DNA of 64,000 nucleotides. Source: Dehalococcoidia bacterium (GTDB lineage: Bacteria; Chloroflexota; Dehalococcoidia; Lucifugimonadales; UBA1123). Location: assembly GCA_965116405.1 (NCBI GenBank), contig OZ220685.1, forward strand, positions 1,875,492-1,939,491, in the 5' to 3' direction. The notes below the pieces were generated by a model. It was not told the origin of the DNA, searched no databases, and saw only the letters and a list, made by a program, of their open reading frames with translations. This document shows, piece by piece, positions 39,585 through 48,231 of the stretch (within the stretch, counting starts at the first letter, position 1; each line of letters starts with the position of its first letter). The translations under genes were made by a program, and so were the position numbers.

Positions 39585-41462
39585 TCATTCGATGACGAAT
39601 CTTGCCGGTGCCGGGATCGTCCAGGGCCAGCCGCTCACCGGCGGCATAATGTATGCGTACAGCTTGTCGTCAGCGTCGTCTGCCACCCACATGGTGGTCC
39701 CATCGGACCAGATGCCGGTGGCGTTGTTGTTGCCAGCAGCATCGGGTGTGGTGAAGTCCCTGTACCTGTCGTGTCCCGTATCTGAGATCCTGTACGCGTA
39801 GATCGTGGCGTGACTACCGTCCGCCACCCACATGGTTGTCCCGTTGGACCAGATGCCGCGTGGATCGTCGTCGTGGGCTGCAGCCAGCGTGTCGAAGTCC
39901 CTGTCGCGGTCTCGGCTCTTATCAGACATCTTGTAGGCATACAGCCTGTCGTCTTCCCAGTCCGCCACCCACATGGTTGTCCCGTCCGACCAGATGCCTC
40001 GGGGATCGTCGTTGTGGGCTTCGTCCAGCGTGTCAAAGTCCTTGTCAGGATCGCGGCTCCTGTCCGCCATCCTGTAGGCGAAGAGCTTGTCGTCTTCCCA
40101 GTCCGCCACCCACATGGTGGTACCGTCGGACCAGATGCCGCGTGGTGAGTCGTTACCGGCCTCGCCCAGCGTGTCGAAGTCCTTGTCAGGATAGCGGCTT
40201 TTGTCCGACATCCTGTAGGCATACAGCCTGCTGTCGTTCCAGTCTGCCACCCACATAGTGGTCCCGTTGGACCAGATGCCTCGGGGATCGTTGTTGCCTG
40301 CGGCGGCCAGCGTTTCAAAGTCTATGCAGGGGTTATAGGCCAAATAGCCCACCAGTGGTCTACACACGCCGACCGTGTAGCTCAGATTGCTGTTCGCAGC
40401 CGCTATCTCGATCGTGTTCCAGCCATCCACCAGGGCGACCTGGTGGCCTGCCAAGCCGGTGTTTGCGTCCGTGCCGGGATAGGCTACGCTGGCGCTCTCA
40501 TCGGTTCCAGTCGCGGAGACTGTCACGTGGTGTACGCCGACGGCAACTTTCGCCGTGTAATTCATTGTGCCGCTCGCAAAGGCAGGGCTCAGCGGAACAT
40601 CGCTGCCGCCAGGGCCGGTAAGGCTCAGTGCCTCCAGCTCCATTGGCATGTTGTAAGCGTATAGCCTGTCGTCACGACCGTCGGTCACCCACATGGTTGT
40701 CCCGTCCGACCAGATGCCTCGGGGATCGTCGTTTCCGGCGGCATCCGGCGTGTCGAAGTCCCTTGCAGGGTCGCGGCTCCTGTCCGACATCCTGTAGGCG
40801 TACAACTTGCGGTCACTCCAGTCCGCCACCCACATGGTTGTCCCGTCCGACCAGATACTGCGGGGGTCGTTGTTGCCCGCAGCATCGAGCGTGTCGAAGT
40901 CCTTTGCAGGGTCGCGGCTCTTGTCCGACATCCTGTAGGCGTACAACCTACTGTCATTCCAGTACGCCACCCACATGGTGGTGCTGTCCGACCAAATGCC
41001 CTGGGGGTTTTCGTTGACGGGGCCAGGCAGCGTGTCGAAGTCCTTTGCGTGATCGCGGCTCTTGTCCGACATCTTGTAGGCGTACAGCATTCCGTCTTCC
41101 CAGTCCGCCACCCACGTGGTTGTCCCGTCGGACCAGATACCATGGGGTGCGTCATTGCCGGCGGCATCGAGCGTATTGAAGTCCTTGTTCTGGTCACGGC
41201 TTCTGTCAGACATCCTGTATGCGTAGAGCTTGCGGTCCCGCCAGTCCGTCACCCACATGGTTGTCCCGTCGGACCAGATGCCGCGGGGATCGTCGTTTCC
41301 GGCGGCGTCCAGCGTCTCGAAGTCTCTGGCGACATTGTGCGCGAAACCGCTCTGTTGCGCCTGTATTGGGGACGAGAGCAGGACTGAAGCCGCTATCGCC
41401 AGTGACAGCGCGGCCAGCAGTGCGAGCAGAGTGGGGCCTCGTTGTCTACTGGAGCAAGTCAT
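39585..41462 (-). CDS. secreted repeat protein: 5 x 47-aa repeats, cadherin-like beta-sandwich, 5 x 47-aa repeats
   Basis: Signal-peptide-like N-terminus (LLALLAALSLAIAASVLL). The repeat consensus is DFDTLDAAGNDDPRGIWSDGTTMWVADWxDxKLYAYRMSDKSRDPxK. The central segment is LSLTGPGGSDVPLSPAFASGTMNYTAKV... Confidence 0.85.
   Translation of the reverse strand: MTCSSRQRGPTLLALLAALSLAIAASVLLSSPIQAQQSGFAHNVARDFETLDAAGNDDPRGIWSDGTTMWVTDWRDRKLYAYRMSDRSRDQNKDFNTLDAAGNDAPHGIWSDGTTTWVADWEDGMLYAYKMSDKSRDHAKDFDTLPGPVNENPQGIWSDSTTMWVAYWNDSRLYAYRMSDKSRDPAKDFDTLDAAGNNDPRSIWSDGTTMWVADWSDRKLYAYRMSDRSRDPARDFDTPDAAGNDDPRGIWSDGTTMWVTDGRDDRLYAYNMPMELEALSLTGPGGSDVPLSPAFASGTMNYTAKVAVGVHHVTVSATGTDESASVAYPGTDANTGLAGHQVALVDGWNTIEIAAANSNLSYTVGVCRPLVGYLAYNPCIDFETLAAAGNNDPRGIWSNGTTMWVADWNDSRLYAYRMSDKSRYPDKDFDTLGEAGNDSPRGIWSDGTTMWVADWEDDKLFAYRMADRSRDPDKDFDTLDEAHNDDPRGIWSDGTTMWVADWEDDRLYAYKMSDKSRDRDRDFDTLAAAHDDDPRGIWSNGTTMWVADGSHATIYAYRISDTGHDRYRDFTTPDAAGNNNATGIWSDGTTMWVADDADDKLYAYIMPPVSGWPWTIPAPARFVIE
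39639..40322 (-). repeat. intragenic 141-bp repeat block (repeats 6-10)
   Basis: Long near-identical nucleotide stretches (for example CCACCCACATGGTTGTCCCGTCCGACCAGATGCC) recur with 141-bp spacing. Confidence 0.85.
40644..41327 (-). repeat. intragenic 141-bp repeat block (repeats 1-5)
   Basis: Same unit as 39639-40322. The alternative-frame ORFs in the track are by-products of this repetition. Confidence 0.85.
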
Positions 41463-41758
41463 GTCCTCACCCTATTGTGAAGAGGTGATGCCGATTGTTG
41501 TGGAAGCTGATGTGGGGTAGGGGGAGGGGCATTACCTTCCAGGTAAACCGGTCAAGTTCCATGTGATAAACCAGAGGGATACGCCCTGCCTGAAGTATAT
41601 CAGAGCAGAGAGGAGACCCATTTGGAGGGGAAAGGCGGGTGGGATTTTTGAACTCTGGACTTTTCGCGAGGAGGCCATTTCCGTACAGGGAAACAGTGGC
41701 GGACACCATTGACTACGATTCAACTCGGCTATAGGATTCTGTAGCTAATCTAGCCGTC

Positions 41759-43003
41759 ATGGGAGTTGGTCAAATGCGTAAACACGCGCTTGAGGGGGTA
41801 CGGGTCGTCGATTTCTCTTGGATCGTCGCGGGCCCGACATGCACGCGAATCCTTGCCGATTTCGGAGCTGAAGTCATCCGCGTCGAGAACGAGCAGACGA
41901 TGGACTACACCCGTCACGGGTTGACGCCTCCAGGATCCAACAGCCCCAACGTGGGCGGCCTGTTCAACAACCTGAACCGCAACAAGCTCGGTGTCTCCAT
42001 CAACGTGATGCACCCCAGCGGCATGGAGCTGCTTCACGACCTCATCGCGGTCTCCGACATAGTCGTCGAGAACTTCAGCGCGACCGTTCTCAAGCGTTGG
42101 GGACTCGACTATGAAGCCCAGCGCAAGATACGCCCCGACATCATCTACGTCAGCATGTCCGGCTTCGGCCATACGGGACGGGACAACAGGTACGTGACCT
42201 GGGGCCCGACCGCGCAGGCGCTCTCAGGCCTGACGTTCATGTCCGGCCTGCCCGGCGAGGACCCCGCAGGATGGGGATTCTCTTACATGGACCACACCGG
42301 AGGGTTCTACGGCGCTCTGGCGTGCCTGAACGCGCTTCACCACAGGAACCGCACGGGAGAGGGCCAGTGGGTCGATCTGTCACAAGTCGAGGTGGGCATG
42401 GCGCTGACCGGCACGGCCATCCTCGACAAGTCTGTCAACGGCCGCAACTTCAGGCGTGAGGGAAACCCGCCCGGCAATAGGGCGCCAAACTACAAGGTCG
42501 CTCCCCACAATACGTACCGCTGCAAGGGTGAAGACCGGTGGTGTGTCATCACTATCTTCAACGATGACGAGTGGGACTCATTCGTCGATGCGATAGGCGC
42601 GCCTGAGTGGACCTCCGACGAACGGTTCGCCACCAACGAGGGTCGCTATCACAACCAGGACGAGCTTGATCGCCTGATCGAGACATGGACTATCGAGCGC
42701 AAGCCGCACGAGGTGCTCTACAAGCTCCAGTCAGCGGGTATCGCCGCTGGAGCCGTGCAGACGCCAAAGGAGAAGATCGAGGACGACCCGCAGCTCAGGC
42801 ACCGCGACTTCCTTCCCAAGGTCGAACATCCCGAGCTTGGCGTGACCGAGTACGAGGGTCAGCCGATGCGTCTATCCCGTTCACCGTGGGAGCTCCGCCG
42901 ATCGTCTCCCCAGTTTGGCCAGCACTCGCAGCAGATCTTCGGCGAGCTTCTTGGTGTGCCCGAAGAGCAGATGACTGACCTGATGGTCGAGGGGGCAATC
43001 TGA
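41759..43003 (+). CDS. family III CoA-transferase (CaiB/BaiF type)
   Basis: LEGVRVVDFSWIVAGPTCTRILADFGAEVIRVE. An alternative start is at 41774. Confidence 0.9.
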   Translation: MGVGQMRKHALEGVRVVDFSWIVAGPTCTRILADFGAEVIRVENEQTMDYTRHGLTPPGSNSPNVGGLFNNLNRNKLGVSINVMHPSGMELLHDLIAVSDIVVENFSATVLKRWGLDYEAQRKIRPDIIYVSMSGFGHTGRDNRYVTWGPTAQALSGLTFMSGLPGEDPAGWGFSYMDHTGGFYGALACLNALHHRNRTGEGQWVDLSQVEVGMALTGTAILDKSVNGRNFRREGNPPGNRAPNYKVAPHNTYRCKGEDRWCVITIFNDDEWDSFVDAIGAPEWTSDERFATNEGRYHNQDELDRLIETWTIERKPHEVLYKLQSAGIAAGAVQTPKEKIEDDPQLRHRDFLPKVEHPELGVTEYEGQPMRLSRSPWELRRSSPQFGQHSQQIFGELLGVPEEQMTDLMVEGAI

Positions 43004-44256
43004 TGAGCAACAGCCAGGGAGCGCTCTCCGACCTCACCGTGCTCGACCTTTGCGATGAAAAGGGTCAGTACATTGGCAAGCTGATGGGAGAGATGGGAGC
43101 GAGAGTCGTCAAGATCGAGCCTCCCGGAGGCGATGCCGCCCGCAACATTCGTCCCTTCCGAAATGACGAACCTGACCCCAACCAGAGTCTCAACTTCTGG
43201 GCCTTCAACATGGCAAAGGAGGGCGTCACGCTGGACCTGGAACAGCCTGAAGGTCAGAAGATTCTCAAGAAGTTGGTCGCAAAGGCCGACGTGCTGCTGG
43301 AGAGCTTCGATCCCGGCTACATGGACTCACTGGGTCTCGGCTACTCAGACCTGAGCGCCGTAAATCCTGAGCTTGTAATGACCTCACTCACCGGCTTCGG
43401 CCAGGACGGCCCGTACCGCGACTACAAGACGTCCGACCTCGTGGCCATGGCCATGGGCGGCATCATGCACAGCTGTGGCTACGACGACCTGCCGGGCGCG
43501 CCTCCAATCAGGCCGAGCGGCGGACACGGGTACATCATAAGCTGCAACTACGCCGCCATCGGCACGCTCATGGCCCTCAACTGGCGCGACATGACCGGAG
43601 AGGGTCAGCACGTGGACGCCTCCATCCACGAGGCCTGCTCGTGTACGACAGAGGCAGCGATGCCCACGTACATCTACACCAAGGAGATGGTGAAGCGTCA
43701 GACCGGCAGGCATCACGGCGTCCTGCCGACACCGAAGACCCTGTGTCCGACAGCCGACGGCAGGTACATCAACGTCTTCGCGGTATTCACCAGCCTCGAC
43801 CAGTGGCTGACCCTAGTCAGGTGGATGGACGACGCCGGAATGGCCGAGGACCTGACCGATCCCCACTACCGCGACATGGCAGCCATGCGAATGAGGACAG
43901 GGCCGGAGGTCGATCACGCCTTCGTAGTCGTGAAGAAGTTCATCGCGGCCCACAACGCCGAAGAGATATACCGAGGCGCCCAGGACCGCAAGTTCCCATG
44001 GGCCATAGTACGGTCACCTGAGGAGACGCTCGACGACGCGCATTTCGCTGAGGACCGCGAATTCTTTGCTGAGGTCGAACACCCGGAACTGGGCGAGACG
44101 TACACCTACGCCGGACGTCCGTACATCATGAACGGCACCCCGTGGAGCACCTTCAGGAGCCCGCTGATAGGCGAGCATAACGAGTCCGTCTACGGTGAAG
44201 ACCTCGGAATGTCGCCGGACGAGATCGAACGGCTACGCGCCGACGGTGTGATCTGA
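43003..44256 (+). CDS. family III CoA-transferase paralogue
   Basis: LSDLTVLDLCDEKGQYIGKLMGEMGARVVKIE. Its start overlaps the upstream stop (TGATG). Confidence 0.9.
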   Translation: MSNSQGALSDLTVLDLCDEKGQYIGKLMGEMGARVVKIEPPGGDAARNIRPFRNDEPDPNQSLNFWAFNMAKEGVTLDLEQPEGQKILKKLVAKADVLLESFDPGYMDSLGLGYSDLSAVNPELVMTSLTGFGQDGPYRDYKTSDLVAMAMGGIMHSCGYDDLPGAPPIRPSGGHGYIISCNYAAIGTLMALNWRDMTGEGQHVDASIHEACSCTTEAAMPTYIYTKEMVKRQTGRHHGVLPTPKTLCPTADGRYINVFAVFTSLDQWLTLVRWMDDAGMAEDLTDPHYRDMAAMRMRTGPEVDHAFVVVKKFIAAHNAEEIYRGAQDRKFPWAIVRSPEETLDDAHFAEDREFFAEVEHPELGETYTYAGRPYIMNGTPWSTFRSPLIGEHNESVYGEDLGMSPDEIERLRADGVI

Positions 44257-45078
44257 TCAGTTCATCCTGATCCCGCCGTCGACGTTGATCGCCTGCCCGG
44301 TGATGTTCTTCGCATCGTCGGATGCCAGGAACGCGGCGAGCTTCCCGATGTCCTCCGGGGTCTGCTCTCGCTTCATCGGCATAGTCTGATCGACTACAGT
44401 CTCGAATAGATCGCGCCCCGGCATTCCCTGGACGTCTGTATGCGTCTGGGTAGAACCGAGCCTCGAACGCCTCTGGGCGATCGCCTCCCACATCGGCGTC
44501 CACAGCAGCCCAGGACAGATCGCGTTGACGGTTATCCGGTGGCTGGCGAGCTGTAGAGCGTTGGACTGGGTCCAGCTGATGGCGGCCGCCTTGGAGGTGG
44601 AGTAGTGCGGGATGTCCGGGCTGCCCTGCCTGCCTGCGATTGAGGCAATGTTGATAATCCGGCCCGACCCGCGCTGGATCATGTGCCCTTGCACCGCCTC
44701 TGTGACCCTTACGATTCCCCTCACGTTCACCTGGAACGTATCGTCCCAGTCGTCGTCAGAGGACGAGTCCCTCTCCCACATGCCGCCGGCCCCGATGATA
44801 CCGGCGTTGTTCACCAGGATGTCGATCTGCCCCATCTGGTCGAGTGCGCTCGCGACCGCGGCTTCGACTGACGATCTATCTGTTACGTCCATCGCCATGG
44901 CTGCGGCTCGTCTGCCGTGCTGCCGGACCTCCTCAGCAACGTCGGCTGCGTTGCTTTCCACCAGGTCGGCGACGGCGATATCCGCCCCCTGCTCAGCCAG
45001 CGCGAGGCTGATACCACGTCCAATTCCGCGGCCGCCGCCCGTAACCAGGGCGACTCTTCCAATAAGGTCTGCCAGCAT
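44257..45078 (-). CDS. short-chain dehydrogenase/reductase (SDR)
   Basis: VTGGGRGIGRG, NNAG, and YSTSK catalytic context. Confidence 0.9.
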   Translation of the reverse strand: MLADLIGRVALVTGGGRGIGRGISLALAEQGADIAVADLVESNAADVAEEVRQHGRRAAAMAMDVTDRSSVEAAVASALDQMGQIDILVNNAGIIGAGGMWERDSSSDDDWDDTFQVNVRGIVRVTEAVQGHMIQRGSGRIINIASIAGRQGSPDIPHYSTSKAAAISWTQSNALQLASHRITVNAICPGLLWTPMWEAIAQRRSRLGSTQTHTDVQGMPGRDLFETVVDQTMPMKREQTPEDIGKLAAFLASDDAKNITGQAINVDGGIRMN

Positions 45079-45161
45079 GATGTCTCACTCCCATGTGATT
45101 TAGGGCCCGGATTCCGGGATCCTGACCCAATCATACTGCAAGAGTTGCCAGGAGTCCGACG

Positions 45162-46301
45162 CTAGTCCGACCTCAGTCTCCTCGGATCGAGCCTTCGAGG
45201 GTCGAGCCGCCTCGGGTCGATGATGCCGGGCTCTATGCGCCTCGGGTCGAGCTTGCTCACGTAGCTGAGCAGCCGTTCCGGTGCGACCGTGGTCGGCCTG
45301 AACCGTACCAGCCGCCTCCTCCCCAGGGAGATCCACTGTCTTGCCCAGAACACCCACAGCACACCTGCGATCGCGGTCGCCATAACTCCCAGCACGGCGA
45401 AGTAACCCCAGCGTACGCCGAGTTCAGGGATGTACTCGAAGTTCATGCCATAGATCCCGGCGATGAGACTCAGCGGCATGAACACCGTGGCCACCACCGC
45501 GAGCACTCTCATCAGATCGTTCTGCTGGTTCGCGACAAGCGACAGGTAGACCGAAAGTGTCGTATCTGCCCGGTCGCGCAGGGTCTCGTTCTGTCCCTCG
45601 ATCCTCAGGATGGTGTCGTAGATGTCACGGTAGTAGGGCAGGGCGTCGCCTGTAACATGGGCGAACTCGGCTCGACTCAACCTGTTGAGCATGTCTCGCT
45701 GGGGAGCTATCGCGCGTCGCAACCGGAAGCTGGACCTCTTGAGTTCCAGGATCGCCTCGAGCGCGTCGGGGTCGGGCCTTTCGATGACTGAGTCCTCTAT
45801 GTCGTCGACCCACTCCTCCAGCCCGTTGATGCCCGGCGTCAGGTTCTGGACCAGCGCATCCAGGAGGATGTAAGTGAGAAACGTCGAGCCGCGCCTGAGC
45901 GGGAGACCGTCGCGCTCCACCAGCGCGATCACCGACTCTATGTTGTACAGCAGACTGGCGTGCACGCTGACGACGAAGTTTCGCCCGAGGAACACGCCCA
46001 TCTCGGTAGTGGACAGGATGCGGGTATCGACCGTGTAGTCGATGCCGCGGGCGACGATGAAGATGTGGTCTCCATAGTCGTCGACCTTCGGCACCTGGTC
46101 CGCCATGTCCACGCACGAGTCCACCGCAACCGGGTGCAGATCGAACACCCGTCGCATGAACTCGCCATCTTCGACGCTCAGACCGTCGAAGTCCAACCAC
46201 AGATTGCCCTCACCGCTTTCGAGGGCAGCTTGGATGTCTACTTCAGACAGCCCGCTCTCCACGCTTCCTTCAGGTGTGAGGAAGTAGCTTCTGTACGGCA
46301 T
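45162..46301 (-). CDS. corA: CorA-family Mg2+/Co2+ transporter with ~55-aa C-terminal extension
   Basis: YGMNFEYIPEL (GMN motif) followed by the last TM helix. The tail ends ...KLDPRRIEPGIIDPRRLDPRRLDPRRLRSD. Confidence 0.88.
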   Translation of the reverse strand: MPYRSYFLTPEGSVESGLSEVDIQAALESGEGNLWLDFDGLSVEDGEFMRRVFDLHPVAVDSCVDMADQVPKVDDYGDHIFIVARGIDYTVDTRILSTTEMGVFLGRNFVVSVHASLLYNIESVIALVERDGLPLRRGSTFLTYILLDALVQNLTPGINGLEEWVDDIEDSVIERPDPDALEAILELKRSSFRLRRAIAPQRDMLNRLSRAEFAHVTGDALPYYRDIYDTILRIEGQNETLRDRADTTLSVYLSLVANQQNDLMRVLAVVATVFMPLSLIAGIYGMNFEYIPELGVRWGYFAVLGVMATAIAGVLWVFWARQWISLGRRRLVRFRPTTVAPERLLSYVSKLDPRRIEPGIIDPRRLDPRRLDPRRLRSD

Positions 46302-46368
46302 GGCGTACCCTCCGAAGAGTGAGAGCCTCCCGTCCCTTGGTGGGCTAATAGGGGTAGGTATTCACAAC

Positions 46369-46452
46369 CGTCATTCCCGCGAGACCGGGAATCCAGAGGC
46401 TGGGAGCGTCCTTCGACAGGCTCTAGCCTTCTCCCACCAGGGGAGAAGGGAC
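46369..46452. repeat. composite hairpin repeat (modules A + B + C)
   Basis: CGTCATTCCCGCGAGACCGGGAATCC, GTCCTTCGACAGGCTC, and CCTTCTCCC-ACCA-GGGGAGAAGG. Intergenic between the corA start and the ArsC-like gene end. Confidence 0.8.
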
Positions 46453-46464
46453 CAAATGCCCTTC

Positions 46465-46812
46465 TCAGCCCATCAGGTCTGCCATCGCCTTCTTGTCCGT
46501 GCCGACGATCAGGTCTCCGTCACCGGTCATGATCAGGGGTCGCCGGATCAGCCTGGGCTCTTCCACCATGAGCTTGAGCAGCTTGTCGTCACTGAGCTCG
46601 TCACGGGTCAACCCCATCTTGCGGAAAGACGGCGACCTCCATGAGAAGAAGTCCGAGACGGGCTTGGAGCCAATTGTTTCCCTGAGTTCGTCAACGGAGA
46701 ACGGCTCAGCGAAAAAGTCGCGCTCTTCGTATTCGATTCCGGCCTGCGAAAGCTCCGCTTTCACTCTTCGGCAGGTACTTCAACGCTTCCATGTGTAGTA
46801 CGTGGCAGGCAT
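46465..46812 (-). CDS. ArsC/Spx-family protein with in-frame TGA (46780-46782), candidate U-S-T-C selenoprotein
   Basis: ATG at 46812 (GAGGTG 9 nt upstream) gives MPATYYTWKR-U-STCRRVKAELSQAGIEYEERDFFAEP... This aligns by eye with Spx [33 protein letters not shown]. Confidence 0.75.
46746..46764 (-). promoter_or_regulatory. SECIS-like hairpin 15 nt downstream of the in-frame UGA
   Basis: GUGAAAGC-GGA-GCUUUCGC on the mRNA strand: a 6-8 bp stem with a G-rich apical loop. Confidence 0.45.
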
Positions 46813-46887
46813 GGGAGATTCCACCTCGTATCTTGGGATTGTCTGATTAGCGTATCCGCACTCTTTGCTCGAATGCTAGAAGAAAGA

Positions 46888-48222
46888 CTACCACTCTTCG
46901 ACGCGAATCAGGTTCCCGACCTCCGCCACCGTTTCGAGCGCTTCCAGCTCGACGATCGCCTGCTGCATCGCGGCCTCGTTGGCCCGGTGGGTCATCAGCA
47001 CGATTTCCGCGCGCTGCGCCACCTCGTCGGTCTCCTTCTGGATCGCCGACGCAATGGAGATGTTGTGCTCCGCGAACACGCCTCCGACCTGCGCCAGGAC
47101 GCCCGGTCGGTCTGCGGCCGTCAGCCGAATGTAGTACCGCGTTTCCAGCTCCGAGATCGGCCGGACGCCCCCGCCGACCTCCACGCCTTCGCCGCCGTTG
47201 CTCTGACCGCCATTCTCGGGTTGGACGAAGTTGTCGACCCCCGCGCTGATGTCCCTGGCGATATCGACTATGTCCGCGATCACCGCGCTCGTTGTCGGCA
47301 TCGCACCGGCGCCCGCCCCATGGAACAGCAGTTTGCCGGCGAGGTCTGTCTGGATCTCAACAGCGTTGAGAACGCCGTTTACGTTGGCTATCATCGCGTC
47401 CTCGCGGACGAACGCCGGGTGGACCCTGGCGTGGAGCGCCCCGCTGTCTGCTGAGGCAATTCCCAGCAGCTTGATCGCGTAGCCAAGCTCGCGGGCGTAC
47501 TGGAAGTCCCTTGCGGTCAGACGCGTTATGCCCTCGTGGAAGACGTCGTCATCTGTGACACGCTCCCTGAATCCGAGCGTGGCAAGGATCGCCAGCTTGT
47601 ACGCCGCGTCGATGCCTTCGACGTCGTTGGTTGGGTCGGCCTCGGCGTATCCCAGCCTCTGCGCCTCCGCCAGCGCGTCGCCGAAGTCGGCGCCGTCCTG
47701 CTCCATCCTGGTCAGGATGTAGTTCGTCGTCCCGTTGATGATCCCGTGAATCGTGATGACGTCGTTCGCCACCAAGTCTCGCATGAGCGGCGCGATTATG
47801 GGCGTTCCGCCGGCCACGGCAGCCTCGAACAGCACGCGTACCCGCTGCTTCCGAGCATACTTCAGGATGTCGAAGCCGTGCCTGGACATGACCTCCTTGT
47901 TGGCGGTCACGACATGCTTGCCTCCGGACATCGCCCTGAATATGTGCTCGCGTGCCGGCTCTTCGCCGCCGATGAGCTCGACGAGTATGTCGACTTCCGG
48001 GTTGTCCAGTATTCCTGATGGGTCCGTTGTAACCAGCCCGTCAGCAAGATCGATAGGCCTGGATTTTGAAGGGTCTCTAACGAGGACGCCCTTGAGTTCC
48101 ATTGGACAACCGATCATGTCGCCCAGGTGGTGACGCTTCTGCTCGATAATCTGCGCTACACCGCCACCCACAACACCCATGCCGAGCAGACCGATTCCGA
48201 TGGAGTCTTTAGTCACGATCAA
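46888..48222 (-). CDS. hom: homoserine dehydrogenase with C-terminal ACT domain
   Basis: IGLLGMGVVGGGV at the N-terminus, a conserved central catalytic region, and an ACT-like C-terminus. Confidence 0.9.
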   Translation of the reverse strand: MIVTKDSIGIGLLGMGVVGGGVAQIIEQKRHHLGDMIGCPMELKGVLVRDPSKSRPIDLADGLVTTDPSGILDNPEVDILVELIGGEEPAREHIFRAMSGGKHVVTANKEVMSRHGFDILKYARKQRVRVLFEAAVAGGTPIIAPLMRDLVANDVITIHGIINGTTNYILTRMEQDGADFGDALAEAQRLGYAEADPTNDVEGIDAAYKLAILATLGFRERVTDDDVFHEGITRLTARDFQYARELGYAIKLLGIASADSGALHARVHPAFVREDAMIANVNGVLNAVEIQTDLAGKLLFHGAGAGAMPTTSAVIADIVDIARDISAGVDNFVQPENGGQSNGGEGVEVGGGVRPISELETRYYIRLTAADRPGVLAQVGGVFAEHNISIASAIQKETDEVAQRAEIVLMTHRANEAAMQQAIVELEALETVAEVGNLIRVEEW

Positions 48223-48231
48223 ACCTGAATT

